A stretch of 64,000 nt of DNA, from NCBI GenBank assembly GCA_010909165.1, contig MU008188.1, positions 124,001-188,000 of the forward strand, written 5' to 3'. Positions within the stretch are counted from its first letter, which is position 1; every line of letters begins with the position of its first letter. Position numbers and translations under genes: made by a program. Below the pieces are notes generated by a model. It was given only the letters and a program-made list of their open reading frames with translations, did no database searches and had not been told where the DNA came from. Positions 1 through 12,238 of this stretch are shown piece by piece. Origin of the DNA: Anthoceros angustus. Lineage: Eukaryota > Plantae > Anthocerotophyta.

Positions 1-323
1 GCGCACTGACTTGTATGTTGTAAAATGTATGACAAGGCCGGATCAGCCGCACGCTTTTACACCAAATTCACAACGTAGTCTCATACACAAGGTCCATTGC
101 AAAGCGATCTTGCACGCTTGTATACGCCTACTGGTTTCGCCATTGACAAATTCTAAGCGTAGTGCCATTGACAATTCACGTGGAGCCACCGGGCGGCAAT
201 GCAGAGAGAGACACAAGCCACGCCCCCAAGCTATACCATTTGCTTCGTGCCTCACATAAATCATAGCAAGAGTTAGAAACGACAGAGCCGGAGTCGCCGC
301 AACCAAGACTCCACAACACCCTC

Positions 324-385
324 GCAAGAGAGATGCACCACCTTCAAGCAAGAGACATGCACCACCTTCGTGCAAGAGACATGCA
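324..385. repeat. 24-bp tandem repeat, ~2.6 copies (GCAAGAGACATGCACCACCTTC..)
   Basis: Direct repeats starting at 324, 348 and 372. Confidence 0.85.
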
Positions 386-399
386 ATTCTCATGTGTCC

Positions 400-3300
400 T
401 CTTCAAACAAGAGCAAATTACTCAAGTTGGCCGAGGATTAAACTACTAAGGACAAGGCTTTGGCCGCTAAGTTTAGCAAGAGCAAAAGTTGAGGGGTAAG
501 GCACCGCAAGCACCAAGAATGAGTCAAGCTCAAGGCTCCTCGCCGAAGGCAATTGCAATTGGTGTGGTGTCGCCGCCATTGGGCACGTGATGCTACGTAA
601 AGAAATCGGTGAACCATGTAACCACGGATTGGCGCTGTACCGCTAGTGTCCCGTGAAGGACAAAGTCGGCCGAACACTCGAAAGCAACGCTAAAATAGAC
701 ACGCTCATCGAGCTCATTACATGCTTGATGGTGGGTGGTACCGATCTGTGAGCTACCGCCTAATATCTCAGAATGAAAGAGCACAATTCTTTGTGTTGAT
801 CTTTCCCCCGAAAGAACGAGTTTTACTTGGGATGAGTGTAACAAAACTAGCTTGCCACATTCTCGGGACGGGCATTTGTAAGTTTCCACTTCTGGTACTG
901 CGTTTCTAACTTTGAACCCGTGTTATATGTACCTCGATGGCAAGAACCTCCCATTCATGAGCAAAAGTTAATGGGACAACGACTTTTGAGATGAAAGCTA
1001 CAACGATGGTTGTCGCTATGGTCAGCTGGTGCCCTTAAAATGTGTGTTGAGGGTATACCACGTGATTTATCTATATCGTCCGGACATCTCCTCAGAACCC
1101 ACTCTCGAGGCAGCTATTCCATGTGCCTCGCGCTGCTCTTCTTCAAATGGCCTCATTGTAGCATGCTGCCTAGGACATGCCAATGCATATGTTAATTGAT
1201 ATGTCCGTGAAAGGTTGCTGGGAGCCATTACCCAACTGCTTCAAAGACTTGCTGCTGATGTAGTCTTGTATTCAAGCGAAGCAGAGGGAGCTTCCTTTCC
1301 CGAAGAATGCTCACAGGCGTGACACACTCGATTAGTGCATGCGATATTTCTGGAAAGATTCACCAACCCTCTCTAGGAGGAGCCTTATACTACTTTCATA
1401 TCGACCGGATGACTATAGCTCAGACTCGGATATTCCCCATGCGCCTGGGGTGCGACACATTTTCACTCTTCAAGGATTGTTAAGCTGACCACCAGCCGAC
1501 AATCGTGTCAATTGCTCAAGGTCCCGAGGACCGATAATGGGATGTAGTTTGTGAATACTGCCACTTTTCTACAAGAGCGGGAAGGCAAGCTCATAGTCCC
1601 TTATACGCCCAACAATGTAAGGTGTTGCAGAACGCAAGAACCGGACTTCCGGGTGGCGACGCTAAGCATGCTCCATGGGTCAAGGCCTCGTGGTTATTGG
1701 GCAGGCCGAGTGTAGCCTACCTATGTCCCGAAGAAGCTCAACCCGCCTGCACTGTGTAAGACGCCGTATGAAGTTTTCTGGCGCAGGAAACCTAGCCTCT
1801 TGCACTGGAGTGGCTCCCCGCCTTTGCTTACATCCCCGCATAAGAGAAAGTTAGATTCCCGAGCCAAGAGGTTGATTTTTGTAGGCTACAGTGAACATGT
1901 TAAAGCTTACAAGTTGTATGATCCTGTCAATCAGACTATCACCTTGGCCAGGAGCGTTACCTTTATCGAGCCTTCACAGCTTTCAAATGATCTTCATTCG
2001 GACTTTCATTGAGCCATCTTCAGAGGAGACGGTCACCACTCCGGACTGATCCGTGGTCGCCACATATCCATCGATGACGGCGTAAGATGTTCCTTCTCTC
2101 ATTTCCTGATGAACTCCGATGATGCTGCCCGCCTCCCTCCGGGATGCCATTATGGATCCCGCCGTACGGATAATTTTAATGCCCAAGTGGACGACCTTGA
2201 TGTCGACATTTATGATCATGCTTCTCCGCCCCTCCGGGCAAAGGTGATCACCTTCACTGCAGACTCCATTGAGGATATCTGTGTGTGTGGAAGGTGTCAG
2301 AATTCACATTCCACATCCGTGGGGTCCGATCCTGGAGTCCGGTTTAGCCCCTCGTCAGAGCTCACGTCACAGCCTTTCTCCCGACCAATGGAAGGAACCT
2401 GCTACCGGGCCCTGATTTTGGGATCCTCCACCTGTAGTGGATTCCTCCATCCATCGATCAATTTCTTCCCTCTCTCTCGCCCTTCCCGACGAACCCACTT
2501 CTCCGTCATGTGCTTACTCTTGTCCCGAGTCCTCCGGGCTGCAGACGCAAAGTTGGAGTGATGACACGCCTCGCCAAGAACAAGACATGGGTATTAGTTT
2601 ACCTCCACGAGGACGCAAGCTATCTCGGTAAGTGGGTATGTTAAAAACTCAATGCAATGAGCAATAGCACGAGCTTTATTGGTTGCACGTGGATTTACCA
2701 GTTGAAGGACTAGACTACTAGACCTTCTCACACGTCGAGTGCCGCCTATCCGTATATTTTAGCCCTAGTCACGGAAGCTTGACCTTGAATTACACCGATG
2801 GATGTAAGCAGCCTTTCTTTATGGTGCCCTCGAAGAAGACCTTTATATGGAGCAACTCGAGGGTTACATTGACAAAACCACCCTCGTAGTACTCAAGCCG
2901 TTGAAAATGCATATATGGCTCCCCTCAGAGCGTGCGTGGTCTCGGGTACATTACCATGCATCTTCATTCCACGGAGTATCTCCTTCGGCTCCGCACGTGC
3001 CGCGTATGCGACGTCTACATGCCACTAAGGAGAGGACTTCATGTTGCTTGCTTTGTATCACGTCGATGATGTAATTTTGCAACCAACAAAGAAGTCGCTA
3101 TTAGCGGTTAAGGAGATGTTAAGAGCAACTGGGACATGAAGGATATCGGGAACTTCGCCTGCTTGGGTATACAAACTTAAGAGTCGTAAATCTAAGGCCT
3201 CATAATTATACATCAATATAAATATAAGATCCCACGGAAGTTCAGACTCTTGACTGTGACTCACATAAATCTAGGCATATGCGCCTGGAGTTGTCAATCC

Positions 3301-4873
3301 AGCTCCAGCAGCACAAAAATGCTAGATGAAATTAGGATATGTCCTAGGTACCTGAGACATGTTCAGAAAGTCCTAAACCCGACACGCCTGTGACATACAA
3401 AGACTCGGGCCTCAACTCGCTTCATTTTGAAAAACGGAAGGAGTCAGGAGTGTCATAAGAGAATATTTAGGTACCTTAAGGGGACGCAGAGTTATGGGCT
3501 ATTTTACAAGAGCAAGTGGAGCAAGAAGTTTAGTACTTACAAGCAGTTACACTGATGCCGACCGGCATGACTCGATCTGAAAGCCTGGCACTTCCATCAA
3601 GCTGGCTTTGCATCTCACTGGCCAGAACTGGAGGCAAAGCAGTTTCCATAGGGTCGTCTAAAGCAGAAAGTACAAGTTCCTTAAGATGTATCCAAAAGAA
3701 GTTGAGCGGGAAAGAAGTTTCTAAAAAGATTGGGAAGCTATGTACTCCCCTACCTCCTCGCCGCAGTGATAACATGTCCGCTTTGGCGCTGGTTGCAACC
3801 CAAGTTTCATGCCGGGACAAAGCATATGTCTAACATCACTACATATGCGATGTAGTGGAGCGAGTCATCAAGGTCGGATTACATTGCTACAGATGAAAAC
3901 ACGGTGACATCTTGACAAAAGGCTGCCCAGCGGAAACACTATGACATGCAAGGCCTTGGGTGGCAGTTGATGTATTTTGAACAATGCGCCAAGTCCCAAT
4001 CTCAATAATTTATCGACTATGGACGGGCGGACTTGAGATCTGAGGACTGCTATGATAAGTGTGAAACCCCTTTGCCCTTTGTTGGCGGTGGTCACACCCT
4101 AGCGTGACGAATAGCGTTTCATGGTTAGTTCCGCAGACAACAAAATGATGGCGAGCAGGCGGATGAAGCATCGGGGATACCTAATCACATCTGTTCGGTC
4201 ATTTATCGACCGCTCTTGACGGGAAGCCTGATCTCCTTGATTGACCAAGGAGCTTGGCATCCTCCTCGGATAGGGCCTAAGTCCTCTCCTTCTTCACCAA
4301 GCTTCTCTCTTTTGCCCCAGCGAGTCACTTCAAGGATACTTGAAGTCTCGTATGGACATTCTCTTCCGGTTTCTTTCGCCCCAGTCCTCCACAGGCGCTT
4401 CTACTTCTCGATTACGTCTACAACATGCGTGGCCTTGGCCTTCTTCTTCTTTGTTGGCCTCTCGAGAGATTCCTCCGCACGGCGCTCTCCATCTACGCTC
4501 CTGGTTTGCCAAGTGGAATGAGCGGTGGAGGTGGATAGAATGCGTGGTGAGGAATCTGCAAGAGCCTCGGCCATCTTTTACTGCAGGTTGTCATGTTTGT
4601 GGCTCGTGGATGAAGCCGATGATAGTTGTGGTTGGAATGCAGTGCGAGTTGCGTGTCGCGCCGTGTTGTTATGGCCTATTTAATGATCGTAATGCTCGTG
4701 GATGATTAAGAGGGAGTGTTGGATAATTAATCAACACTCGTCACTTAGTCAAATAGGCACTGTTATGTTATTTAGGGTTATGTGGCCCAAGGGGCGTATT
4801 GTCTAAGATATAGAAGTATTTAAACGTTTTTGACATTGAGACATTGTTGTTGTGCTTTTAGTTAATTTAACCA
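400..4873 (+). mobile_element. Degenerate Ty1/copia LTR retrotransposon (copia-1); 5' LTR not seen
   Basis: Frameshifted domains in copia order: protease-like (~735), integrase (H-DISGKIH-PSLGGALY ~1340; KRKLDSRAKRLIFVGYSEHVKAYKLYDP in ORF 1800-2012), RT (~2560-3500), RNase H (~3550-3960). PPT GATTAAGAGGGAG is followed by TGTTGG at 4717. Confidence 0.85.
4717..4873 (+). repeat. Probable 3' LTR of copia-1
   Basis: Starts TGTTGGATAAT directly after the PPT, similar to the copia-2 LTR start TGTTTGGATAAT. The right end (..AACCA) is a guess. Confidence 0.55.
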
Positions 4874-6680
4874 GTTTTGCTCGAGAGACCTTCCTCTCCC
4901 AAAAGAATCGTGCATGATCAAAGGACCTTGCCTCGGAAGGAATGGTTCCCTCCCAAGACTTAAGAAATTGTAAAGCCCTCCGTCCACCTTCTCAACGCCA
5001 AAGTTCTCTTTGTGAGGACACTGCGAGGGGTCGACAACCACAACCATTGGCAAAAGACAGCCTACCCATGGGCGTGTTTCATCTTCTCGTGATCAAAGAC
5101 TCTACCCACGCGAGATCCATGCCTCACAAAGATCTTGGGGGTTTGCAGACTTGATTGGCAACTTCAAGGTAGAGTCCTGCACTCTCTTGATAGCAATACT
5201 GGCCCCTTTCGACGTCCCGACTTGCATCTCGCTTATGGCCGAGCCTATCATCGCTTGGCGACTGCTACCGTCCCTTAGCTCTCCACAAACCTTGGCGGTG
5301 GATCCTCTTCCTCCTCCTCCTCCACAATTCCGCCCCTGCCTTGCCCCTGGGTTTCTTGGCTTTCTGCTACGTGACCGCCTCTTTCCTAATGTGTTTGCCA
5401 TCCGCAAGGCCTCCTCTTTCCCCTTTCTTCACATTTCCCACCGTGGAAGGCCTCTCGCCACCCTCCTCGCGATCCGTATCACTTAAGACCGCGTGGAACC
5501 ATCACGTTGTGGATAATATCCCGAGGTCATCTCGCCATCACCTTCTTCAAGTTCTCCTCCTCCTCTTCCGACCCACCTTCGCCTTCCTCCAATCGATCTG
5601 CCCCTCCCCACATGGTAGAATGCCATCCGCAAGGCCTTGTCCTCGTGTTCGCCCCGACGCCCTCCTCACACCCGATCGACTACCTTCAGAGTAAAATGGA
5701 AGTGGCTCACCAAGTCCGCCGCCAGTTGAAACGCTGGACGCCGGTGCCCCGGTAGTATCATGGACACCACCGGCTTACCGACCAAACCGAGGCGTGTCGG
5801 ATCCCCATCATTGACCTATTGAAGAAGCATTGTTGGGATGCCTCTTCGCCACCAAGAAGATCGGTTGCTTCCCAACAAGAAGACTGTGTTGCTTTTGCGA
5901 ATTTGCATTGTTGGGTTGACTACATGCTTCCTCGCAGATGCAATCCTTTCCCGAGAAATGCAATGCTTGGTTGCTTCCCGAGAGATGCATTGACGGACCG
6001 GCCAGCTTGCTGATTAACCGCCCCTGCACCACTCCTACTCTAAGATCGACTCTTGGGTTCAATCTCACCCGCATGCTCGAACCAATAGTTTGGATTCCTT
6101 CTAAGCAAATTTGGTAACACTTTGTGGAACACTTTGTGTCCATCATTGTTACGCAACCGCAGCTTCCTCTCTCACACTTTCCTACCGGCAAGCCACGGGT
6201 CAAAAGTCCGGATCGCACCGAGTATACTGGACGTGGGTCAGCTTGAGAAGCAGTCCGTCTTGAGTGCAGGAAAATTACGCACTTTGGTCCTCCTTCTCCA
6301 CAAACGCGTGAACAAAACAAAGACCAAGACAGAAGATTTTATACTTGATCACCGCATCCAAGATGTGACACACAAGTATTGAACGGACGCCGGAAGCGTT
6401 ACGGCCGAGAACGGCCGAGGCCGTAGGCCGAGACCGTCGAGGCCGCGGCGCCCGACGAGCCGCTCGCCTCGGCGTAAGGAGCGGCCGAGTCGACACGCCT
6501 ACTCGACTTCGCATCGAGGCAGCCGAGGTCCGTGGCGATCTTTTAGAATTGTTTGTGCAACCACTTTAAAAGTCTTTTTCTCTCTCTTTCACCACTTTCG
6601 CACTTCGTAGTTTTCACTTTCACGCTTACGCTTGCCTTCACGCTTTTGATTTATCCTTTCTAACTTTCTTCCGGCGTTGA
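4874..6680 (-). other. Degenerate retroelement-like coding relic (gag or LINE ORF1-like), unresolved
   Basis: Purine-rich minus strand with a possible broken zinc knuckle (..DRLGHK..) near 5220-5260. No RT motif seen. Confidence 0.25.
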
Positions 6681-6699
6681 AGGGGTGTACACCGCGATT

Positions 6700-8350
6700 T
6701 CGGATCCGCCTGTCGTAATAATACTTCTTCTTTGTTCATTATACGGTAGAAGAAAGTTAATCATTTCAAAATTTCCCAAACGGAATATTTCAGCAATGGT
6801 AAATCGACATCGTATATTCAATTTCACCACAAATATGATATACTAACCTCAAATAGTGCAAACAACTCCTTTTGATTCTTCGATAACTACAAACAAAAAA
6901 AGGAGTTAATATTTTACCTCCATTTCAAGTCGAAGAAGATCTTGCTCGGTAAATACCTTTCTCACTAATGTGAGGCAATGGCTGTGAAGATTTCCCACAC
7001 TACGGAAATGTGATTGGACGTTCTGCAAAGAAGTATCAACCTTAGAATTTGCATATTTGGTAAATACCAATATTAATATTTTCCTTGTTTACATACAGAA
7101 ATTGTTACAGAACTAACCTTTTGAATGTTTTTGGTAGTTTCCGGATCTTCCATCAGAGGCAACAAGTCTGTGGTTTTCAGCTCCTTATTTTCAATGGCTG
7201 CTGATATTTCTACATTACCAAAACACAAATTTCATTAGTACTACATAAACTGATTCAAATAAACTATTAAAAACAATATAAACTGAAAATACTTACTTTT
7301 CTGGATCTCCATGTACTGCTCTAGGGTTGCTGTCGACCCATCTTCATTGCAGATTGGCTGCGCTGGATCTTTGAGGCTATGTTCCCAAATGGGAACATAT
7401 CTATTTTTAAAATCTTGGAAGACTTGTGGATAAAGTTATCCATCCATTTTCCAAAATCGCAAATTCTTCGATGGTCCATACGTTGGTGCATTATCTTGAC
7501 TCACTTTTTTCCTCTTTTGTCCTTTGAAAACTAATTGTAAGTTATATACTACTTACAAATATACTAATTATTAATTACAAACATACAATAGCAATTACGA
7601 TGAGATGGTGTGTTGTTGATTTTGTCATCCATTGCTTCAATTTTCTCCTTAATTTCCTTAGTCAAGAACTTGTTCAAGAAGACTGTAACAAATACATTAG
7701 TATTATTTGTAAACAAATACATATAATACTAAGTGTTTGTTGTTTACCTCCAAAATCGATCGAATTGAGATCCGATGTCCATTAAACCTCGGACTGAGTC
7801 ATTGTTTCCAACTCTAATTGAGTGTTGTTCGGAGATTCTTCTTAATATCCTGTAACCATATACAACTAAAGTGAGTTGCGATACCTATATTTCATAGTCC
7901 CGAGAAGTTGTGTAACCAAGTCTTTACCTTTTAATTTTTTCCAGTTGGCGTGCACCGCAAAGGAGCCAAGTCCTTTTGTCCATTGATGTGAACATAGTGT
8001 GCAGTACTGTATCAAAGATATCGAGTTAGAAATGTTGTGAGATTCAATTGAGATAATTGAATGTATACCTTTCTCAACTATCTTCGATCTCAATGAGAGG
8101 GATTTCAAACTTCACCATCATATCCTCGGATCCCCATGGGGGAACATTGTTGTTTGATCGCCACCGTTAAGGTTTGTTGGGTCTTACCATTGTGGTCGCC
8201 GGAAAATGTCATTTTAGCCATATGGATTCATCAACCACAAAATGGATTTGGCGTCAGAGGTAAAATGATCATTACCTTCTTGGATGTCCACCATTTCATC
8301 GCTGTTTCTCATTCTCGGATGCCATTCAAAAAAAAAAGTACTCCCAAAGC
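6700..8350 (-). pseudogene. Multi-exon gene of unknown function, divergent from the YR gene
   Basis: Short exons bounded by GT..AG on the minus strand, e.g. FKGQKRKKVSQDNAPTYGP..YMEIQK (~7297-7530, one internal stop), EISAAIENKELKTTDLLPLMEDPENYQKHSK (~7118-7210), NVQSHFRSVGNLHSHCLTLVRKVFTEQDLLRLEME (~6918-7022), LSKNQKELFALFE. Introns are AT-rich. Confidence 0.5.
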
Positions 8351-9584
8351 CAATGAATAAAACAACGAACTTGAAATGTTGGGCATGCGTTGTTGCTCAT
8401 TAATCGCTTTGTTGCTGGCATTGCTACCGGGTACTTTGTGTTGTGTACTGCACCGTCGGTGTCATGCAAGAACTATTCGAAGTCATGTTAGATAAGACAC
8501 ATAAGAAGGAGTCACAAACGTCAGAGACATACCCAGAAGCAAAACATGGTTAGCTTATCTTCAAGACGGCGCGCCTGAAAGTGTTACCGCCGGTGGTTAC
8601 TCCGTGTTGTCGCAGGACCGGCGATGATGGAAGACCGCTGACTGTCAAGACGACCATTTGAGCTGATTTTGAGTCGCCTAAGGGTATGCGAATGAGCTGC
8701 CGAGAGGTGGAGGTCACAAAAGAAGGTACAAGTGGTGTGCCCAAACCCTAAGCATGACGCCCAAATACGCAGAATCAAAAAAGATGAAATCAAAGCAGTT
8801 AAGGGCAAAGGGAAGAGGTCGTGCTTAGATAATGTTACGCCACTAAAGCCGAGATGCACGAGTTGAACACCGAAGACGCTGCGAGACTCTGGGCCCCAGC
8901 AAATTTGAAAGCAAGTATGAGCAAATCCAAGGTTAGCACAAGCAAAAAGTGGAGCATCAACCCAAAAACTCCACCTAAGAATAAGCTCCGGTGACGACTA
9001 AGAAGACGTGAAAAAATCGATTGAAGCCGTCGAGGACTCCGCGAAAAGCGGCGCCGAGGCGAAATTTTGCACCGGCGCAAGGCAAGAGCGCAAGCGTGAA
9101 GGAGTCTCGTGAGCACCAACAAAAAGTCAAATCACCAAGAAAAAAGACCGCAACCAAGCGGTGAAGTTAGCCGGACCTCGCGGAAAGCCATGTCTTCACC
9201 ACCATATTGAGATGCCTTGGTCAGAACAAAGGCAAAGGCACACGGAGTTGCAGCATGAAAACCCTCACCCAAACAATTTTATCAATCGAAGCAAGGATGG
9301 CGTGAGGATGCAAGTGACCGAGCTGATCAGAATGGCCACCGGGTCGGCGAGAAAGTGGGCAGGGTAGGGTTTGGGCTAGGCGTTAGGGTTCTGATGCTGG
9401 CGAGCCAGGCTGACTGGCCGGAGTTCGCACGCCCGCGAGGCGGGTTAGGTTGGGTAAGGCTGGCTAGGTTTGGAGCAACTAAGGTTTGAAGTCGTCAAGG
9501 CGCCTAATAGACCTAGAAAGGTTTGGAGTTAGGTTGAGTGTTTGTAAATTCAAAATATGGAGATGAGTGCGGCGCTGAAGAGAG

Positions 9585-9612
9585 AGAAGGGCTAGGGTTT
9601 CTATATAAGGCT
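9585..9612 (+). promoter_or_regulatory. Telo-box-like TAGGGTTT plus TATA box (CTATATAAGG); probable promoter of the YR gene
   Basis: GCTAGGGTTTCTATATAAGG at the strand-skew switch; further TAGGGTT motifs at ~9365-9390. Confidence 0.4.
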
Positions 9613-12238
9613 TACTTTCGTGTCAAGTTTTCGAAGAGGCGGCCAAGGTTCCGCCTCCCTTTTAGTGAGCTCTTTATATGTCCGTGAGGTCTAGTTGTTT
9701 ACGCCGGAAGGTTCTATTTTAGGGTCTCGTCCAAGTCGGTGTAGGCTATGGTAGCTTTTCAGGTTCTCAAGCGCTGTTTCAGTCAGTTTAAGTGGTGTCT
9801 ACCTTTTTTGGCCAAGGTTGTGTTTCTGCTGCCCTTCTTCTGATCCCTTTCTTTACTCTTGCTGACTGTGTTTTAGTCAGCTCGCAATTCCTTGCTTTTC
9901 TTCAGAGCCAAGCTTCGGGCTTTGCTCACGAAGGTGGATGTCTAGTTTATGGCTTCAGCTCTTGTCGAAGGATAGGCCTTTTTTTGTCAGTCCAAGGTGG
10001 TCAAGCCTTGCTAGGTCAATTTGCAGTTTTGGGCCAAGGTTCTTTCGGTCCGGGCGCACTTTTGTAGCCGTCGTCAAGGTTCAAGTTGCGCTGGTGTTCC
10101 AAGGTTCTTTCCTCAAAAGTTCGTCTTTTTCGCCCTTGTTCAAACTCCAAGGTTCAGTTTCCTTCGTTGTGTTTCAGAGGTTGCTTTCGAGGTTCTGTCC
10201 AGGTTTCTGTTGTTTTGAAGGCTGCTGCTCAGGCTCTGCTTCGCGCGCCTTGTTGTTATTGTTGGCTTCTTTCGGTTTGGTGTTCGATCTTTGTTTTGCT
10301 TTGCGCTTGGTGTCTTGGTCATTTCCTCTGCTTAGCTCTAGTTTTGTTGCTTTTTGTCACCGCCTGCTTTCTGTTCTAGTGGTGTTTTTGTCGCTCATTG
10401 TTTTTGTGTTTCTCTTTGCCAGTTGTTTTTGTTTCGTGCTTCATGTGTCCGGTCCTTGTTATCTTGTTTCTGTTTTTGTGTGTTTTTGTTTTGGTACCAA
10501 GGTTTTTCGTCACGCTTTTTGTCCTCAGTCTTGTCACGCTTGTCTCTTTGTAGCTTGTCTTATACGCTTCCTTGTTTTGCATCTTTTTCTTGCTTGTTTC
10601 CAGCTTTGCTCGGTTGTTGTCTGCGTCACCTTTGCTATGTCTGATGTCTTATGTTTTGTTCTTGTGTTCTTTTCTGTCTCTGACATCTTGTTTCTGATAT
10701 GTTTCTTGTGTTTTGCTGTTCTTAGTTCTTGTTTTGTGCGTTGTCTGCGTATCATTATCATCACGCGTCGGAGTTGCCTTTGTTTCTTTGCTTTTTGTAG
10801 TGTCTCGTTGTTGTGTTTCATTTGACTCATGTTAACGTCTTGATGTGGTTTTTTCTCTTTTTCGCATGTTATCTTCTTGCTTTATTGTTCTTCATGTATT
10901 TGCTCGTGTTTCATCAATTGATTTTCTGTCTCATTTGTTGTATCTGTTATCTTCCTTTCACGCTTATGAGTTGTTTGACGCCGCCTCAGCTCGTTTTGTG
11001 TTTTTGTTTGATGTCTTGGAGAGGCGTTGACGTATGTTACGGGCGTAGAACCGAGTACCGTGTCATTGCAAACATGTTCCCAAAGCGCATGCCCGTTGTT
11101 TGAGTTCTTAAATGTTTGTTTTAGTGTTAATTTCTTATGTTTTATAGGTTGGTTTTTGCTCGATTGTTTGTGCTCGTGTCCCAAGTGATCATTGTAATTA
11201 TTCGTCCAGCATGTTTGTTGTTTCTCAATGCTTCTTTTTGCTCATGTTATCGCTCTTGTTTTGTATTGTCTCTCTTCATGCATGTGTTATTTATCGTGTT
11301 TACGATCTTGTTGTTCTAAGTCGGAGTAGTTGGTAAGGGTAGGACGTCTTTGTTTGTTTAACAAACGTGACTGTTGTTCTGAACTAGAAATGACAAGCTT
11401 ATGTATTGATTTGTTTTGTGTTTTCCGAGCTTGGTGTTTCTATTTCTTTTCCTTATCTGGTTGTGTGACTTTCTGTCAAGTCCTGTACAGGTTCAATTTG
11501 TTTTATTGTTTTGGAGTTCTGATTGTGTTTGGTTGTTTTTTTCAGGTGAATCATTCTGTCTCTTAGCGAGAAGAAGATTTGGAACAAGATCTGATTGTTC
11601 TAATTCCTTTCATGTGGTATATTGCATGTCTATCAATCGTTTTGTGTTTCTCTCTGTATGTTTACGGTCTTTTGGTTGCTTCTATTGGTACATGTGTTAT
11701 GTTTTGTGTTATATATTTATGCTCGGTCCTTTGTTGTGTATATGCATCTGTCTATTATCGATTGATGTTTGTCTTATACTACGCATTGTTGTGTGATCTT
11801 CCATGTCTTTTGATGGTAATTTTTCTTTTGTTATTATTTGCTGGCTTTCCTTTGGCGGGTTGTTGTGTGTTGTGTTTCCACTTTTATTTATCGATTGTGT
11901 ATGTGTATGTTTTGTTGATGGGGCCTCGGTTGTGGTGATACCGGTGAAAGCATGTGCAATAAATGTTAAGTTTTTCTTATATTTGTTCAATTTGTATTAA
12001 CTACTTTGGCAACTCTTTTGTTTTGTAGGACTTGAAATTCAAGTTTGAAGGCTGTGGCAACATCTTTACTCTGGTCTGTTGGGGAATGAAAAAAAGTTTT
12101 TGCTGAATGGTTTGTATGCATGTTTTTTGCTGTTTTCGCTGTGGTTTCTTTGGGGCTTCTTTGCTTTCTTTGTTCACTTCACATCTCACTCTTGGAAAGG
12201 CATTTTTGTTTCGTGAAGGTTGTGGTATTCTCTCTAAC

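Noticed and set aside
9938-10825. 295-aa hydrophobic ORF (and overlapping ORFs to 12000) as membrane proteins
   Set aside because: The A-poor, T-rich tract lacks stop codons by composition; the F/L/V/C content is an artefact.
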